A stretch of DNA of 36,290 nucleotides from Paraglomus brasilianum (lineage: Eukaryota): the NCBI GenBank assembly GCA_910592345.1, contig CAJVPI010000296.1, positions 1 to 36,290 on the forward strand. The letters are read 5' to 3'. The notes below the pieces were generated by a model. That model was not told where the DNA came from, did no database searches, and saw only the letters and a program-made list of their open reading frames with translations. Below, one piece after another: positions 1 through 13,654 of the stretch (within the stretch, counting starts at the first letter, position 1; every line of letters starts with the position of its first letter). A program made the position numbers and the translations under genes.

Positions 1-417
1 GGGACTACATCGGAGTATTCCACATGCAGTGCAGAAGCCATATCGAGAATAACAATGGTAAAGGCGTTTATCAGCAATCATGTAATACTTGTCTTTATAC
101 TTGGTGAATCCTTGTATGAGTTTGTTGCGCTCCTCAAGCCATGTGAAATATCGTCTATATTGATTGACATCATTATTGTACTTGTGTGTTGGAAGTGAAT
201 ATATTCTGGTAAACTCACTCACAAGTGTTGGTGTACATTCTTCGCTGTTTCCAAGGAATACCAGCGTTATCTTGGAGTAACGATGACGAGCGTAGTAGAC
301 GTTGTCAAATTGAGTTGGTTTTATGGTAATTTTCGAGCGAGAAATCCATTTAAGTTTATGTTTACTTTCTAAGGAGACTTGAATCAAGTTGTCAATTGCT
401 GGATTATGCATTATCAT
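1..417 (-). CDS. Partial ORF running off the window; resembles N-terminal repeat regions of expanded Mucoromycota TKL-type kinase families; 5' part looks decayed
   Basis: Hand translation gives 139 open codons: MIMHNPAIDNLIQVSLESKHKLKWISRSK...YSRYGFCTACGILRCSP. NPAIDNLIQ..LKWI resembles the (SGN)xxIDxxIQ...LEWIP motif that precedes kinase domains in these families. Upstream 420-780 has stops or frameshifts in all frames. No catalytic motifs are visible in the window. Confidence 0.55.
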   Translation of the reverse strand, partial: MIMHNPAIDNLIQVSLESKHKLKWISRSKITIKPTQFDNVYYARHRYSKITLVFLGNSEECTPTLVSEFTRIYSLPTHKYNNDVNQYRRYFTWLEERNKLIQGFTKYKDKYYMIADKRLYHCYSRYGFCTACGILRCSP

Positions 418-1569
418 TGACCAGAACTAACGACGTCGTATGAATAAAATTTTCAAGTGTGGAATATTTCAAACTTGTGTTACATCGCACGTTTATCCTC
501 CTGCAGTTTATATCACTGGGTATCGCATCTTGGTAGCTATAGAGAAATTTGCTCGTTTGTTCAACAGTTGTATGCACCTCTTAGGCACATACTAAATTTC
601 CTCAACCAGATAACCGAAATCCCAAGCGTTTCCTTTGCGATATCATTAAAGTGATGAATTTCTCGAAGCTCATAAACGCCGTTACTAACCGTCAATCCCC
701 TTTTCTGGTAATTATATACTGCCAAGTATCATTATACTGTTTAGGCATAACAGACAGACCTTCACCGTATCATTCTTTATAAGTCAACGAATGTGCTGCG
801 ATATTTTATTTGCACAACAATCATATATCTTGTTGATCATAATAATGGTAAGGAAATAATATTCGGGCTGATAGCATAAGCGAAGAGAAGGAATACACTT
901 AGCCAAGAATCCGTAATTACAGTTTTAATTTTTTTAAAAAAGTTATCTATTCAAACTACACTCCACCACTTGCGCTATTCCTTCCTAAATAATAAAAAGT
1001 CTGCTTGTAAGTCGCTTCTCTAAATTTGCTTTATTATTATCGTTAAATATTAAAAGTTATCCAAGTTGGCGATAATTTCAGGGTAACGATAGTATGAAAT
1101 TTGGAAATCAGTGTCACCCTACGTTAATTCTTGTTGTATATTATTCCCTTTCTATTTATTCCTATAAATAAATCAATGTGATTACAAAGCATCAGCGACA
1201 AGTTCGAGTCTGATATTTATCTCACTAATTTGCTGTTAAATAATTATATATATATATATCAACTAAATGTCGTTATCAATCTTTGGCTTACGCGCATATT
1301 GATACAACAATTAGCAACAATGAACACCTACAGTAGTTATCATGTTGCGTCCATTCTGGTGATTATTTTACTCAATTTTCATGTTCCTATTGCTCGCGCT
1401 TGCTATGTGAGACGACAATACTGAAAATTATTCAATGCCCAAATTCAAATATTTAAGCATTATGAGACTTTGGGCAATTGCGCTTAATTAGAGTTGCTAC
1501 TCGCAATTATTTTTCTTAGCATAATTAACCTAATAGTCGCTAAGTTGAAGGCTGATTTAAACACGTTTA

Positions 1570-1739
1570 CCGTATATTCTCGTGAATAAGCACACCGCCC
1601 CATGATTACCACGATTATCTGCATAACGTACCCCTCATTAACAGTTTATTACATAATGCTAAGTTTGTTATTTACGTGACGGTTTGCCGATCATTTTCAT
1701 ATGATCGAGGGGGAGGTGCTTATTCACGAGAATATACGG
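1570..1739. mobile_element. MITE, Tc1/mariner-pogo-like non-autonomous element
   Basis: Perfect 27-bp inverted repeat TTACCGTATATTCTCGTGAATAAGCAC (1567-1593) / GTGCTTATTCACGAGAATATACGGTAA (1716-1742). CCGTA...TACGG termini are flanked by TA at 1568-1569 and 1740-1741. No coding capacity. Confidence 0.85.
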
Positions 1740-2689
1740 TAACTGACAATTAAATATGCAAAACCCGAGCGAATTAATTCCAACTCATGATTAACGATTT
1801 TTTCGCTCAAGACAATTACCAGGCACGAGAAAATACATGTTTTCTAAATATGCTTTAATTCGAGTATAAATGAGCTACTGAATATTTGAGTGAATTTCTA
1901 TACTGGATTGGTGATTCTCAATTAATTGCCCTGGAAATTGTCCCGATGCGATTATTTTTGCATCACTGCCCGTATTTCTGTCACGATATGGATTTTTTTT
2001 AGAGTGAATGTCACCTCCAATAAATGATGAACTGACGTATCAGGATCAACGTGAGGAATCGGAAGCTTATTAGACATAAACTCTGCGCGCAGTTGTAAAA
2101 TCAGGCGTCCTCGTGCAAGATCGACCTGCTCTGGGTCGCATTGTGAATTGCGAGGTGTGCAGAACCACAAAAATAAACAGTATTTGCAGTTTCACCACTT
2201 AAGACAAAGTTTCAGTGAAATAACTGAAGAAACGAATGCTGAGAATGTTGTCGAGATTGTCGAGGAAAGTAAAAGTATGTTTTAATGTTTACAAAGTCAT
2301 GTTAACTTGCGTCTTGCTCTTTTGCTTTTGCTATTTTCTTATGTCCGAAAACATGCTTGAATAGTCAGAAAAAAGATTGCTGGTTTCTGTGATATGGTGT
2401 TAATACGTAATCGGTTCTATTAATATTAATACAGATGATGTAGAAATAGACCCAAACACTTTTCTTGACAAAACAGTTACTATTATAATTATGGATGATT
2501 GTAACAGCATCAATAGTATTAGTATGTATTGATAACATGCTAATAGCGTTTTTAAATAAACTTGGATTTTAGGTTCTTTGCAATCATGCGCACGTGCAAC
2601 TGCAACATCGAATACCAGATGGAATATTATCGTAATTATTATTCAGTTACACTAAGTATATTCTTTCCGACGGTAACAAAAATCGGCCA

Positions 2690-3300
2690 TAATAGCATCA
2701 CTGATTGTAAGTTTGCTGGTCTAAATAAAGTTTAAGAATATATGAATGGATTGCCAAAGTAAAAGAAAATTCTTACCATCCAAGGATAAATAAGCAGGAA
2801 AGATGGGCAGGAAGTTCTTTCCGTATACTGTATTGTTCATTTGCGCCCCTATAAAGTCTTTACATAATAAGTTGACAAACACCGAGACTCATCATAGCGA
2901 ACTCTTTCTCCGATGGCAGCTTATCACTGCGCGTCTACACATGTAAAATCACCTTGTTACATCTATACAATAGTGACTAGTGCTCGAGTAATAAGTAATA
3001 TAAGTTTCTGAATTGTTACTATTGTATACAAGTATTAGGGATCTACACAATACTGTCTTTCTATTTACCCTTAAATGAGGAAGGGACAACCATAATAAGT
3101 GTTGGTAGAAATGTCATACTGATTATCGAATATACGCTGCGATTTATGGTGGGAAAGTCGGCCCAAGACATTAATATCTCCAAACGACTCAGCTCGCAAT
3201 AGATGGAAAGTTTGCACCAATAAGAGTGTCCTTTGCTTTCGAGCTCGTGTTGCACTCTCCTTGTCAAATAATATTTCACGAACTGGCCATATTATTCATA
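2690..3300 (-). pseudogene. Possible decayed coding relic of unknown family
   Basis: Protein-like pieces in shifting frames (YGQFVKYYLTRRVQHEL; YSIISMTFLPTLIMVVP; LGVCQLIM*RLY) and an intron-like GTAAG...TTTAG at about 2722-2776, interrupted by stops. Confidence 0.25.
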
Positions 3301-5519
3301 ATGATCGGTTGAGAGAATATTCCCTCACAATTAAAAGTTATCACTCGTATTAAATCTGTTTATAAGGGAAACGCCGTGAATTCCTGCCCAAGCCAAGAGC
3401 TTTATTATTATGTTTATTATCTGCGAAATTAGATTAATTTGAAACTGCCGGCCGCGCAGACGCCGAACTTGTCAGCAGAAACAAATACCTATTCACCGCT
3501 GCATACGTATAGCTATTATATATGCATTTCCCCAAAATGATACGACATATGCTATAACATTAGCGATTAAACTTACTCATGCCCAGTAAACGCGTTTACG
3601 CGATAAACAACCAAATGATTACCTACCGAATTCCCTCTCGTTCTTCATTTTCTTTTATAGACCACTGTTATTCCATCCAACACACCTTGTTGCAGCGTCA
3701 ACACCTGCAACATGCACAGTCTCCCAGAACAAGATCAATTGTGGTACGAGAAGTTGTTTGTACCTATATTTCGAATAATATTCCTTCACCCGAAGGCGCT
3801 TGCGTTTATTGTCGATGTGTTGAAGAATGAAATCGGATGGAACGTTTTCGCTGTGAAAACAGGATAGAGATGGGATAAGTATAGGCAAACTTTCGATCGA
3901 TCAAGGGAGCAAGAGACAACAATAATAACGCACAGGCAATCGGAAGAGCACCATTTTAATGGTAGGTGACTGGAAGAATAACTTTTCAAGATTCGTTGTA
4001 GATTATTGTTGTTCATTCGAGAAATATTGAGCGGTCATGAAAGCGATATGTTGACAATATACGTGTATTTCGCAAACCATGCAAACTTTTACTCCGATTT
4101 TCATAGATTGACAAGCACCCCGAGTATCGTTATTTATAGTTATATAGTACATGCACATATTAATTCGGTATAGCAATAGGGAGCTAGAGCCCCTTGATCT
4201 CCTGGAAGGCGGAGAACAAAATTGCTCCGAAAAAAGAATCAAGGAATAATAATGTCTATTGATACTAATGATTGGCGCGAATCTGATTTTAAGTTTGTAT
4301 TTATTCCCAACTATGGAATCAATCTGAATATCCCCCTTTACCCTTTGCCATTTAAGTGCAAGCAAAGAAGAAGAAGAAGCGAGATACCATTCCGCTCAGT
4401 AGACTAATACTAACGAAAAGCAAACCCATGACCTCTGAAAGTTATTTGGATGACATGTTAACACGAACGAGGATTAGTTTAATAATTTGCTAAGCAGATG
4501 ACCCGTTGAGAGTCCCATTGGCTCGGAATAAAACTCATGGGTGGGAATAAAAAGCGAAACTGTGAAACGTCGCGCTTGACATATGCATTGTCTCAAAATA
4601 CCTGATTACTAGTTTGCAGAACATGTTTTTGTAACTTACCTCTCAAAAAACAGTAGGAAGTGAATCTCGCAAAATAATTAATTGACACGTAGCGGGTTCA
4701 CAGTCTTGTGTGGTTGAGCTGCAAAATAAAATATGGGCATTGTGTTTACAGAGGATTCTTGATAGTAAGTTTATTTGTAATACACGTATCAAGAACTTGG
4801 GTTATATCGTGAAAAAATAATTATCCTAAATAAGAGAATTAAAAAGACTATTTGCAGCAGAACACTATGATTCGACAATTGATATGCTCTCTTTGACCAT
4901 CAATATCTCCAATAATTTATTGAAAGGAATTTGCGAACCGTCTCTCACTGTAAAAATTGTAGATTTGAATAGTGACTATACAGAATACTAATATACCCCA
5001 GTTATGTCATGAAGTTAGATCTAAAGACCATGGAAATCGTCACCAAGGTTACAAAAAGGCCGAGTGTTAGTGGCGACACATGATCTCAATTTTTGCGTAG
5101 CATATTTCTTCCCGGATTTGGCAAGCCATGAACACATTTTGGTTATATTGACATTCTTCAAAAATACTCGTATTAGACGGACAGGCCAAGCGTTATCTGT
5201 CATTGGTAAAGATTAATAGTGGTTTATTAACGAGATTGCGTAATTGCCAAGCAAACTTAGTTAGATCGCGCGAAAATTTAACTCGTTAAAAGATGCAACT
5301 TGAAAACACACCATCCGAGTGGTAGAAACGTCAAACATGATAAGCATAATAATATCAATGCATTCTGTTGTTTATTTAAATTAATAGTTTTATGAGTCAA
5401 AATAATGATATGGATTAATGTTGGATAAAAACTATTTTATAAATCTATGTTTTCCATATTAAGGTTTACGACTTTTTCTTCTTATCGGACGCGGTGCACA
5501 CGTTCCTTGTCCGATTGCC

Positions 5520-8500
5520 CTATATTTTTTTAGCTCCTAATCCGCTGGTTTTCCTCTTTTGCTCACGCAATTCAGCCATTCTCTACAATAAATTCACAAT
5601 CATTAGTCTATCGATTGATTACCAAGTCATTTGGACGATTATATTATATCGTTCATACCTGACGTCTCTCTTCTCGACGTTTATGCAATTCAGCAGCTTT
5701 TTCTTCTTTTGCAACCACATTTGTTGACGTTGATTGTGAGGATAACGAGGATTTTTGAGATGATGGCTTTGCAGTCCAGTCATTATCCCAACCATCCTCG
5801 CCGTTACCCCACCCCGAATCATCCAAGTCCCAACCATCCGTCTGATAAGCAACTACAAGACAAAAGTGAAGCGTAGAATGTTTGATCAGTTTTTACGTCG
5901 ACAAAGAACATGTACAAAAAACCTTTATAGTACATAGTTCGGCGATCTTACTTCGAGAAGTTCCACCAAGTTTCATCAGTGAAGCAGTAGCGGATACACC
6001 AAGCTTCATGCCAACACTAGATTGGCCTGCCATGTTTAAGAGTGTGTCATTGAGATAAACGAAATACCATATAGCAAATAAGCTTTGATAGACATATTAA
6101 TTATGTTATACTTACTCTCGTCCTTCTTTCCGCCAACTTCAATCGAATCATCACCACCCCAGCCATCCGAAGCATCACCACTAGCATTATCCGCAAACGA
6201 CAATCTTAATGAACTGGTACTGGTGGCAGGCGACGTGTCATTCTTTCCGGAACGAATTCCCAAAGAAGAATCATTGGAAGGTGATTGGTTATTTGACGAC
6301 CTATCTGGTGGTGCAAGATCTCCCTCACCAGCGAGCTTTTCTTATGATAGACAAATGTTGACAGATGAGCACAAGGGAGTAAATGCGTTGTAGAAGCTGT
6401 AGATCAATTTCATCAGAATAATTTACCTTTTTAGTGAGCGAAGTCACTGCCCAACCACCCCAACTCTCCGCGACCGTTGCTACAGCACCAGCCACTACAG
6501 ATACACCACCGGTGGCTGATAGCGTATTCTGAGCCGTGCCATTAGACTGTTGTGGTAGAGTCGCACTATCCGGCTTTATCGTGAATGAAAGCAGTGCTCA
6601 TGATCAATAATTGTTGATAGTATATCACCTTTTTCCAACACTAGAGATACTCTTAATTACCATTGCTTCTGTTAACTTCTCTAATCTCTTGACGAACATG
6701 TCTAGTGTTTTGAATGCTTGTGTGCGTACTTGCCTATTTATTGGATAGCGTTCATTAGCATATTAAAATATCAGTAAGAGCATCTTCTTGTACTATTTAC
6801 ATACTTTTCCTTGTCTATTAAAGCTGTAGAGACACAGGGCACTATTTTCGTTGCACACTCGGATGCATCATAGTATTGTAAAGTGGCTAGTAACAAGGCC
6901 GTGATTAGTAGAGTCAATATACAACGAGAATTTGGTATTGGATATATGTGTGTGTGTATACCTGCTAATGCCATTAAGCTGGCAACCCTGGCATGCGGAA
7001 ATGGATCCCTTAGGGCGCGAGTGAATGCAAGGACAAGTACTTTTTTCTTTGTCTGTCGATGAAATTGGTTCAGCATACATTTCTAGCAGCAAGGCCGCAG
7101 TCTTTAAAACAGATGCTATCTGACGTACACTTTCGTTGAAATGTTTGCTAATCTTTCCAAGACATATTGTAGTGTTGGTGCGAATACCCGGCTCATCATC
7201 AGTCTGCAGTTTGGCAAGATATCTGAGCAGATCGTTGTTCAATATACGATCTGACAGCTGCAGTTAACGTAATGTGTAGTTAGTATTCTGATATATATAT
7301 AACCCTATGCTTAATTACACTTGTCGTGTTGGACTAACTTTTGGTGCGAGTAATAAGACAGACTTGACGGTACTTTCTCGAATGATGGGTGCTGTGTCGG
7401 TAAAGCCCGTTGCCTGCAATTAGATGATTCGTTCGATCAGTAGTCAACAGCAATTTCCAAAAGACGACGCGTTTGTACTTACCATGTGAGAAAAAATCTT
7501 ATCATTTATAACTTTTTCGCTCAGATTATCAATAAAAATGGAAAAGTTTTCCAGCAGACTCAAACGTATTGTTCGGTCAGGCATAGCAAAGAGCTTTACT
7601 AGCAGTGTTACTATTGTGTTCTCGTATTCCTCTTCATTAAGAAATGACCCAATTTTAATTATTGGATCTAGAACTTTAGCACCACCTGTGAAATGATTAG
7701 AGGAAACCGAAATGAATATTACACACTTGGAGGAGATGTGCATCCAGAGTACGCGCATTTTACCTGATCCGTATTCGACAGAGTGTATGAGCTCGGGTAA
7801 TATTTTATACTTGCAAAAGTCGCGATGAATATTATCTAATGAAGAATTTAATTTTCTATGTGGATTGTCAGACAATCACTTGCTGGTATTAAATAATTGA
7901 CATGGTGCATCCTATCGTGCCAAATGACTCACTTGATAAATGCTTCCTTTTCTCTATCGTCTTTGATGCTCATATTTTCGAGGAATAGAGCAGTCTGAAT
8001 AAAATCGTCCTGGAAGAATCCCTCGTCGCTTAAACCATGTTCAATAAAAGAGGATATATTAGGCCTACTTCGTGGGTTCTGTGATATCAATGGCTTGTAT
8101 TGCCGTGCCAAGTTCTTATTAGATAAGCGAACATGATAATAAATTAATGTGAGTATAAAATCGCGTAAATTTGCTATCGTCTTATTAAACAACGCCTTAC
8201 TGATGGGATAGAGCCCCGACTGGACAATTGGTCTGTTGTGTTGAATTGGCCATTGTATACTTCATATATAAGAATGCCATAATTCCACGTATCTATGACA
8301 TGTACGTCGAAACTAGTCTCAAATAATAGAGAAAACAGTCATCATATTATTATGGGAATGTTTGTACTGATAAACCCTCGCATTGAAGTTTTCAGTACTC
8401 ACTCTTTTAACACAGTCCAAGACCCTTTAATTATTTCGGGAGATGCATACTTCTTGGCATCTGGCATTAGACCCCCATAAGTCTACAGGTCCATAATAAG

Positions 8501-9317
8501 CAGTGTACTTGTTAGCTTAACATTCGGTGCGAGATAATTACTATGCTCGAATATTTGATATTTACATGTATAATAGGAGATTCTTCCTTGATAGAACTCA
8601 TTAGTTCAAATCCGCCCAGCTTCCATTCTCCGGCTTTATTTGTGAATATTGAAGCTATGCGAACATTGCCATGAATTATCTGGCAATCGTCATTGAGAAA
8701 TTTCAACACGTTCTGTAATACAAGAAAAGATGTACGATATCAGACGGAAATGACACCTAAATGAAATTGTAAATCAAACAAGTTTTTTCTAAACGACTTA
8801 CGGCGATCTTGTATAATCCCCACAGTTTTAAGTTATTGTCTATGGATTCGTTTAATTGCGTTTGTAATGGTACAACAGGATCTGTCACGACATAGATGTA
8901 ATCGTCTGTCTAAAATTCAAATAGAATCAATATTTCATCCCATTATCGTGAATACAACACATTCAACCGACATACCTCAACACCATCAACATATTTCAAC
9001 AAATCGGGATGTCTAATTGTCCGCATCTTCCTAAACGCGTTCTTAGCTAGCGGAAGCTTATCCCTGTTTCTAGTACAGTCAAACGTGAATATGGACACTG
9101 GACTGTCATCTTCCTATGAGAAATAACATGTTAGATGAATAGAACAACTAATTTGTATCAAAGCCGAAAAACCGAAGAGTACCTTTTTAGTGCCAGAGCG
9201 CAGCTCCCATATAGAAACACCGTCGTATGAATCTACCTTTGTACCGATATTATAAGGAAAAGCCGGAATGTCTTTTCCTAGAATTGCTCTCGACAGAGTT
9301 GATTTCAAGTAATCCAT
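5520..9317 (-). CDS. SCY1-like pseudokinase with HEAT repeats (SCYL1/Cex1 family), multi-exon
   Basis: Exons 9317-9183, 9113-8976, 8909-8802, 8712-8566 ... last exon 5582-5520, with GT-AG boundaries. Motifs: AKNAFRKMRTIRHPDLLKY, IIHGNVRIASIFTNKAGEWKLGGFE (HGN/GGFE replace HRD/DFG), DDEPGIRTNTTICLGKI, AFTRALRDPFPHARVA, and C-terminal REERRQRMAELREQKRKTSGLGAKKI*. Confidence 0.95.
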
Positions 9318-9607
9318 ACTGGAATGGGAATGAGCTTGTGACAAGAAACTATTGCAGATATTTTGTAGCGTCACACGGATACGTGTCACAAATCACATTG
9401 TGATGTTATAGAAAATATCATATGCCATCGTGTGTGATGAATAATCAATTATTATTACCGTGCCTTTGCGTCATTACGTTCCCTCATTCTCGTGATGGGA
9501 AAATGAAAGATGAACTCTTTTCTCCCACACCCAAAGGGATTTCTTTCAACGCTTTGCTCGCTCAAATTTTCTATCACTCAGTCGCATAACTGTATTCACC
9601 AACTGAA
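9318..9607. promoter_or_regulatory. Putative bidirectional promoter between the SCY1-like and ECM15-like genes
   Basis: Divergent ATGs at 9317 (-) and 9608 (+) are separated by only 290 bp. Confidence 0.6.
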
Positions 9608-10378
9608 ATGTCTGGAGTCACTGACACAGCTCACGTCCTAGCTGATTTCAGCATTAACCCTATGGGGTGCGAAGTCAGTACAAGCAAGGTACATAATTTT
9701 TTTTGTAAAACCCGTCCATTTCGATCGAAGCAGTTTTTTACATGTTATTATGTATTATCTATATTTAGTATCTGAGAGAGGCGATTAAGATTGTCGACGA
9801 GTCTGGGTAGCGTATCCGAGTATGAACATGTTACAAGCCGCCATATATCTTGCAATCCTAATGTTGCTCTTTTATCCAGACTTAATTATCATACCCATGC
9901 TAGTGGAACTAACATAGGTATGACACCATCATGAAATAATTGCTATCGATGTCTTGTTGCACGTTTTTGATACGCATTACCTCTACATTGTGCAGAGGGC
10001 AAGCTCGATGAAGTAATGATTGTTGTTCGAAAGTGTATTGATAAAACCCATAGTATGGGATGCCCTCGTGCCGATACTATTGTCAAGCTTCAGGTGAGAT
10101 AACAAAGAAGTGTGGGCATGCATGAAGCAGAAATTAGAGCATGCATGAAGCAGAAATTAGAGCATGCATGAAATACAAGTTAGAGCATGCATGAAACACA
10201 AATTAGGCACGCGCTTCTTATTTGACGCAAATTCTCTCTTTTAGACTCGTACCGACAAGTCCAAGACCATCCGTGACAGGTAATTGTGATAATGCTTATT
10301 CTTTTGCACGCGTCGTAATAAAATATTGACTATCTTGTTTTCATATGTAGCATGAGCATTACTAAATCGAGGATATAA
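9608..10378 (+). CDS. ECM15: UPF0045/thiamine-binding protein family (ECM15/YBL001C-like), 6 exons, about 105 aa
   Basis: Exons 9608-9688, 9769-9806, 9880-9917, 9996-10093, 10245-10279 and 10351-10378 splice in frame to MSGVTDTAHVLADFSINPMGCEVSTSKYLREAIKIVDESGLNYHTHASGTNIEGKLDEVMIVVRKCIDKTHSMGCPRADTIVKLQTRTDKSKTIRDSMSITKSRI. The ADxxxxPxG, HxxGTxIEG and RTDK family motifs are present. Absent from the ORF track. Confidence 0.92.
10116..10207. repeat. Intronic minisatellite, 23-bp unit x4
   Basis: GCATGCATGAAGCAGAAATTAGA twice exactly, plus two diverged copies, in intron 4 of the ECM15-like gene. Confidence 0.9.
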
Positions 10379-11047
10379 ACGCTATTATTTTAAAAGTAGT
10401 ATTTTGCTAGTTGTGCTGAAGATTGCATTTGCTATTTGTGCTGAAGATTGCAGTAGCTTTGCTAAAGTATTTTAATAAAATGTATAAGATCGGTGTTTAT
10501 AGTTGACATGAAATTGTAATGGAAACATTTGGTGAACTTGTAAAATTTCTTCTAGACACATGTTATAAATCGGTTATCACAACATGCTACCCAGCAACTA
10601 CAGTGTAGTGACCAGAAGTTTTGCTTCAACAATACAATGTGTGCGAATACAAAGTTGGTAGGAAAATATTAGATGGTGAACTTTATGATACAGAATATCA
10701 TATTGTGTTTGAACAGACTATAAACTTAGTACACGGAAAGTGCATTTATTTGCACACATTTACCATTTACTGTATTTCTTGATCTATATATGATTAATAG
10801 TGGGTAGGACTACTACTTTGGTTGTCATCCACGGTGTTTCTTCCTTTGAATGCAGACAGTGTTCCTGATGACTCTCAAGTACAAACTTGTAACTTTCAAA
10901 ATTAGGCGTTTGCGACAAAACAACATTACACCGATTAACATTGTGGCTTGTCTCTTTTGTTTGTGGCGTTATATCAAGAGTTAATTTCACTATAACATCA
11001 CGTGATACAATATAATAAAATACTATACAGATCAGTAAATATAGGTA

Positions 11048-12017
11048 ATGTCTCACGATTCCCCATTTGTTTCTTCTCAATTTTCGTTGCTTTTTCTCCC
11101 TCCTATGTTCGGCGGTCAATCATATTCAATGCCAACTCGCAGACAAGCAAAAAAAAGACCTCCTATAGTGCATCTACCCTATCTAAAAACACATAAATGC
11201 AATTGGCTAAGATGCAAATATTACTTTCTGACTCCACAAGAGTTAGTTGGTCATATACAAAACAAGCATTTGGAGAAACTGTTGACTATTAGTGTCTTTA
11301 CCTGTAAATGGAATAACTGTGAAGAGTTTAAACTATCACAAAATGAACTATTAGGGCATATTAGAGAAACTCATCTGAAATACAGAGGAGTCAGAGGTGA
11401 AGGGAGAGGTGAAGAAGATTCAGGGACGAAGGTAAAAGAAATCGTAAAGAATAACAAAGTAATTCGGTACCCATCTTTTTGACGGGATACCCCTCAATAT
11501 TGACATATATTTCGCACATGTTAATCCTTTCTAGAAAAAATTAAGAAATCTCCAAGTGGAAAACGCAAATCTTCGAACTCGGCTGAAATCAAATGAGAAG
11601 AAGATATTTTTACTGAGAAATCAGTACGAGTCAAACAAATCAAACCTCGATGATATTCTCAATGAACTTGCTCGCTGCCGTGAGTCCATCGACATTATCC
11701 AGAAGCAGAACCGTGCTTATGATGATTTGGTACGCAGAGAGTGGGCTGAAGAGCAATGTCATAATATAAAGGATGTTTACATGGATGAGCAGACTATGGA
11801 CAATGTTTTTGAGAGTGAGGCTAGAATAAAAAGAGACTGGGACACGGATGTAGACATGTCCCCCCCGTCATCGGATGTAGATCCGAGTTGTAAAGGAAGT
11901 TTTCGATGTTCTTGGAAGAATTGTGGACAGTTATTTATAGATAAGGCATCATTGAAGGCGCATGTACGATGGATACACATAAGCAATTCACAGTTACAGT
12001 CTCCCGCTAATCAATAG
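11048..12017 (+). CDS. C2H2 zinc-finger protein with central coiled coil, 2 exons (start codon uncertain)
   Basis: Exon 11048-11458, intron 11459-11534 (GTAATT...CTAG), exon 11535-12017, in frame. Three CxWxxC-type fingers: CNWLRC...HIQNKH, CKWNNC...HIRETH and CSWKNC...HVRWIH. Confidence 0.88.
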
Positions 12018-13654
12018 ACACCTTTACAAGAAAATTTTGGATGTAAAATAGATGTATAATCAAATGGACTTTTATATAGATGCACAATTCAATTATCACA
12101 ACATACATGAGCCTTTTCCTCTCATCAAAATATGTTATGTATCCAATTGGATAACAAATATTGTAGAATAAATAACTAAATATTATATATATACTTACGG
12201 ATATACGTGTGACTGTCTGCTGAAAATGAAGTATGGTGCGAGTGTGATGTGACTAATTATAATGGAATATGGCGTTTTCCCAAACTGTCAAACAGGATTG
12301 GTGTAATTCAGTCAGGATTTTTAACCGTTAGTCATTTTCTTCTCTATACAAAATATAAACATCATATAAATATATAAGAAGAATAAGTTACCCAACTCGG
12401 GTCGATTTGATTCACATCAATAGGTTCCTCGACAAGAAATGGGATTATTTCTATCTCGTATTAGCGTTAGAGAAAACTGACTACTTAATTACTATGAGAT
12501 AACCATCTAATTATAATACCTGAAAAATTCCAATATAAATCAGTATTCTAATATTTTAATTGCAAACATTTGTCAAACTAACTCTTTTTATTATATGAAG
12601 AAATCATAAAAAGTATATTTACTGTATACACGTATATGATTATCTACTATAATAACATTTAAATAGCAAACTTCCTACCCTACGCGAATTATACACACTT
12701 TTCTCGTATAAACCGCGCAATTCAGGCCTTTTGGTTATATAAAGTAGTCATTATCATTTCAAAAATAGTCCCCATTTTCTTCAAGACACGGAATATATTG
12801 GTCCCCATTTTATGTTATTACCGCCGATATTAGATTTCAAAACGCGATTGAATGAGAAGATGAGTTTTTAATTTTTCGTTTGTGACTGTCAAATCATTAC
12901 ATTCGTATAATGACAAAATCACGCACGCACAAAAACAAAATTCGAGAATGAAAATCTATTCCGGCCAGTCGAATATTAGGAACCACGTATCGCCAGTTTT
13001 TTTTCCTCTCTATTATTCGTGCTTGGACTACGATTAATGACTAGAATATTATTCTGTAATTATTAATCGCGATATAATTTGCAAATTGAATCTATCCTTG
13101 CATTAGCTCTACAATAATCTTCGTTGGAATTTATCTCATATTTTTGCCAGCTTATCTTAATCGTAATTTTGTTTCGTACTTTTATTATCAAAGGAATAAC
13201 CAGATACTTTTTTGATCCTCTGCTCTGAAGCTGATATTAAACTTGCTGCAAAAGATAAACCGTGCGTCCTGAATCTGGACCACGATACGTAGAAAGTTTA
13301 ATACGATAAATTCTCTCACACGGAATTAATAAATGGTTCGAATATTCTGTAAACGATAACTATTTTATGGAAACAGATATCATGTCATCATACTACGTGT
13401 CGTAGTATTGCACGTGGTCGTATAAATAGTTATTTCTATTTCTTGTCCTGAATTACCTAATCGACGCAGTCGACTAGACAAACACCACCATTTATTTACA
13501 ACGATTTCAACCTAATGTTCGCAAATTTACACAAAAATATCGAAATAGTTTTAACTCGAAAACTAAGAAATATATATGATCGAGGTAATGCCTTTTTTCG
13601 ATTTTGCTTTCTTTTTTTCTTTCTTAATTCTACGCCAAAACATGATTTAATTAA

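Noticed and set aside
2008..2275. Coding-like plus-strand stretch MSPPINDELTYQDQREESEAY*...
   Set aside because: Multiple stops and no identifiable family. Too weak to call.
3579..5203. Several overlapping 60-120 aa ORFs
   Set aside because: No recognisable motifs or consistent splice structure, and most lack ATG starts. Probably intergenic or unrecognisably decayed.
5494..9389. Numerous separate short ORFs
   Set aside because: They are exons with intron read-through, or antisense shadows, of the single SCY1-like gene.
12020..13650. 1.6-kb AT-rich interval checked for ncRNA or transposon
   Set aside because: No tRNA/rRNA signature, TIRs or ORFs seen; only trivial short hairpins.
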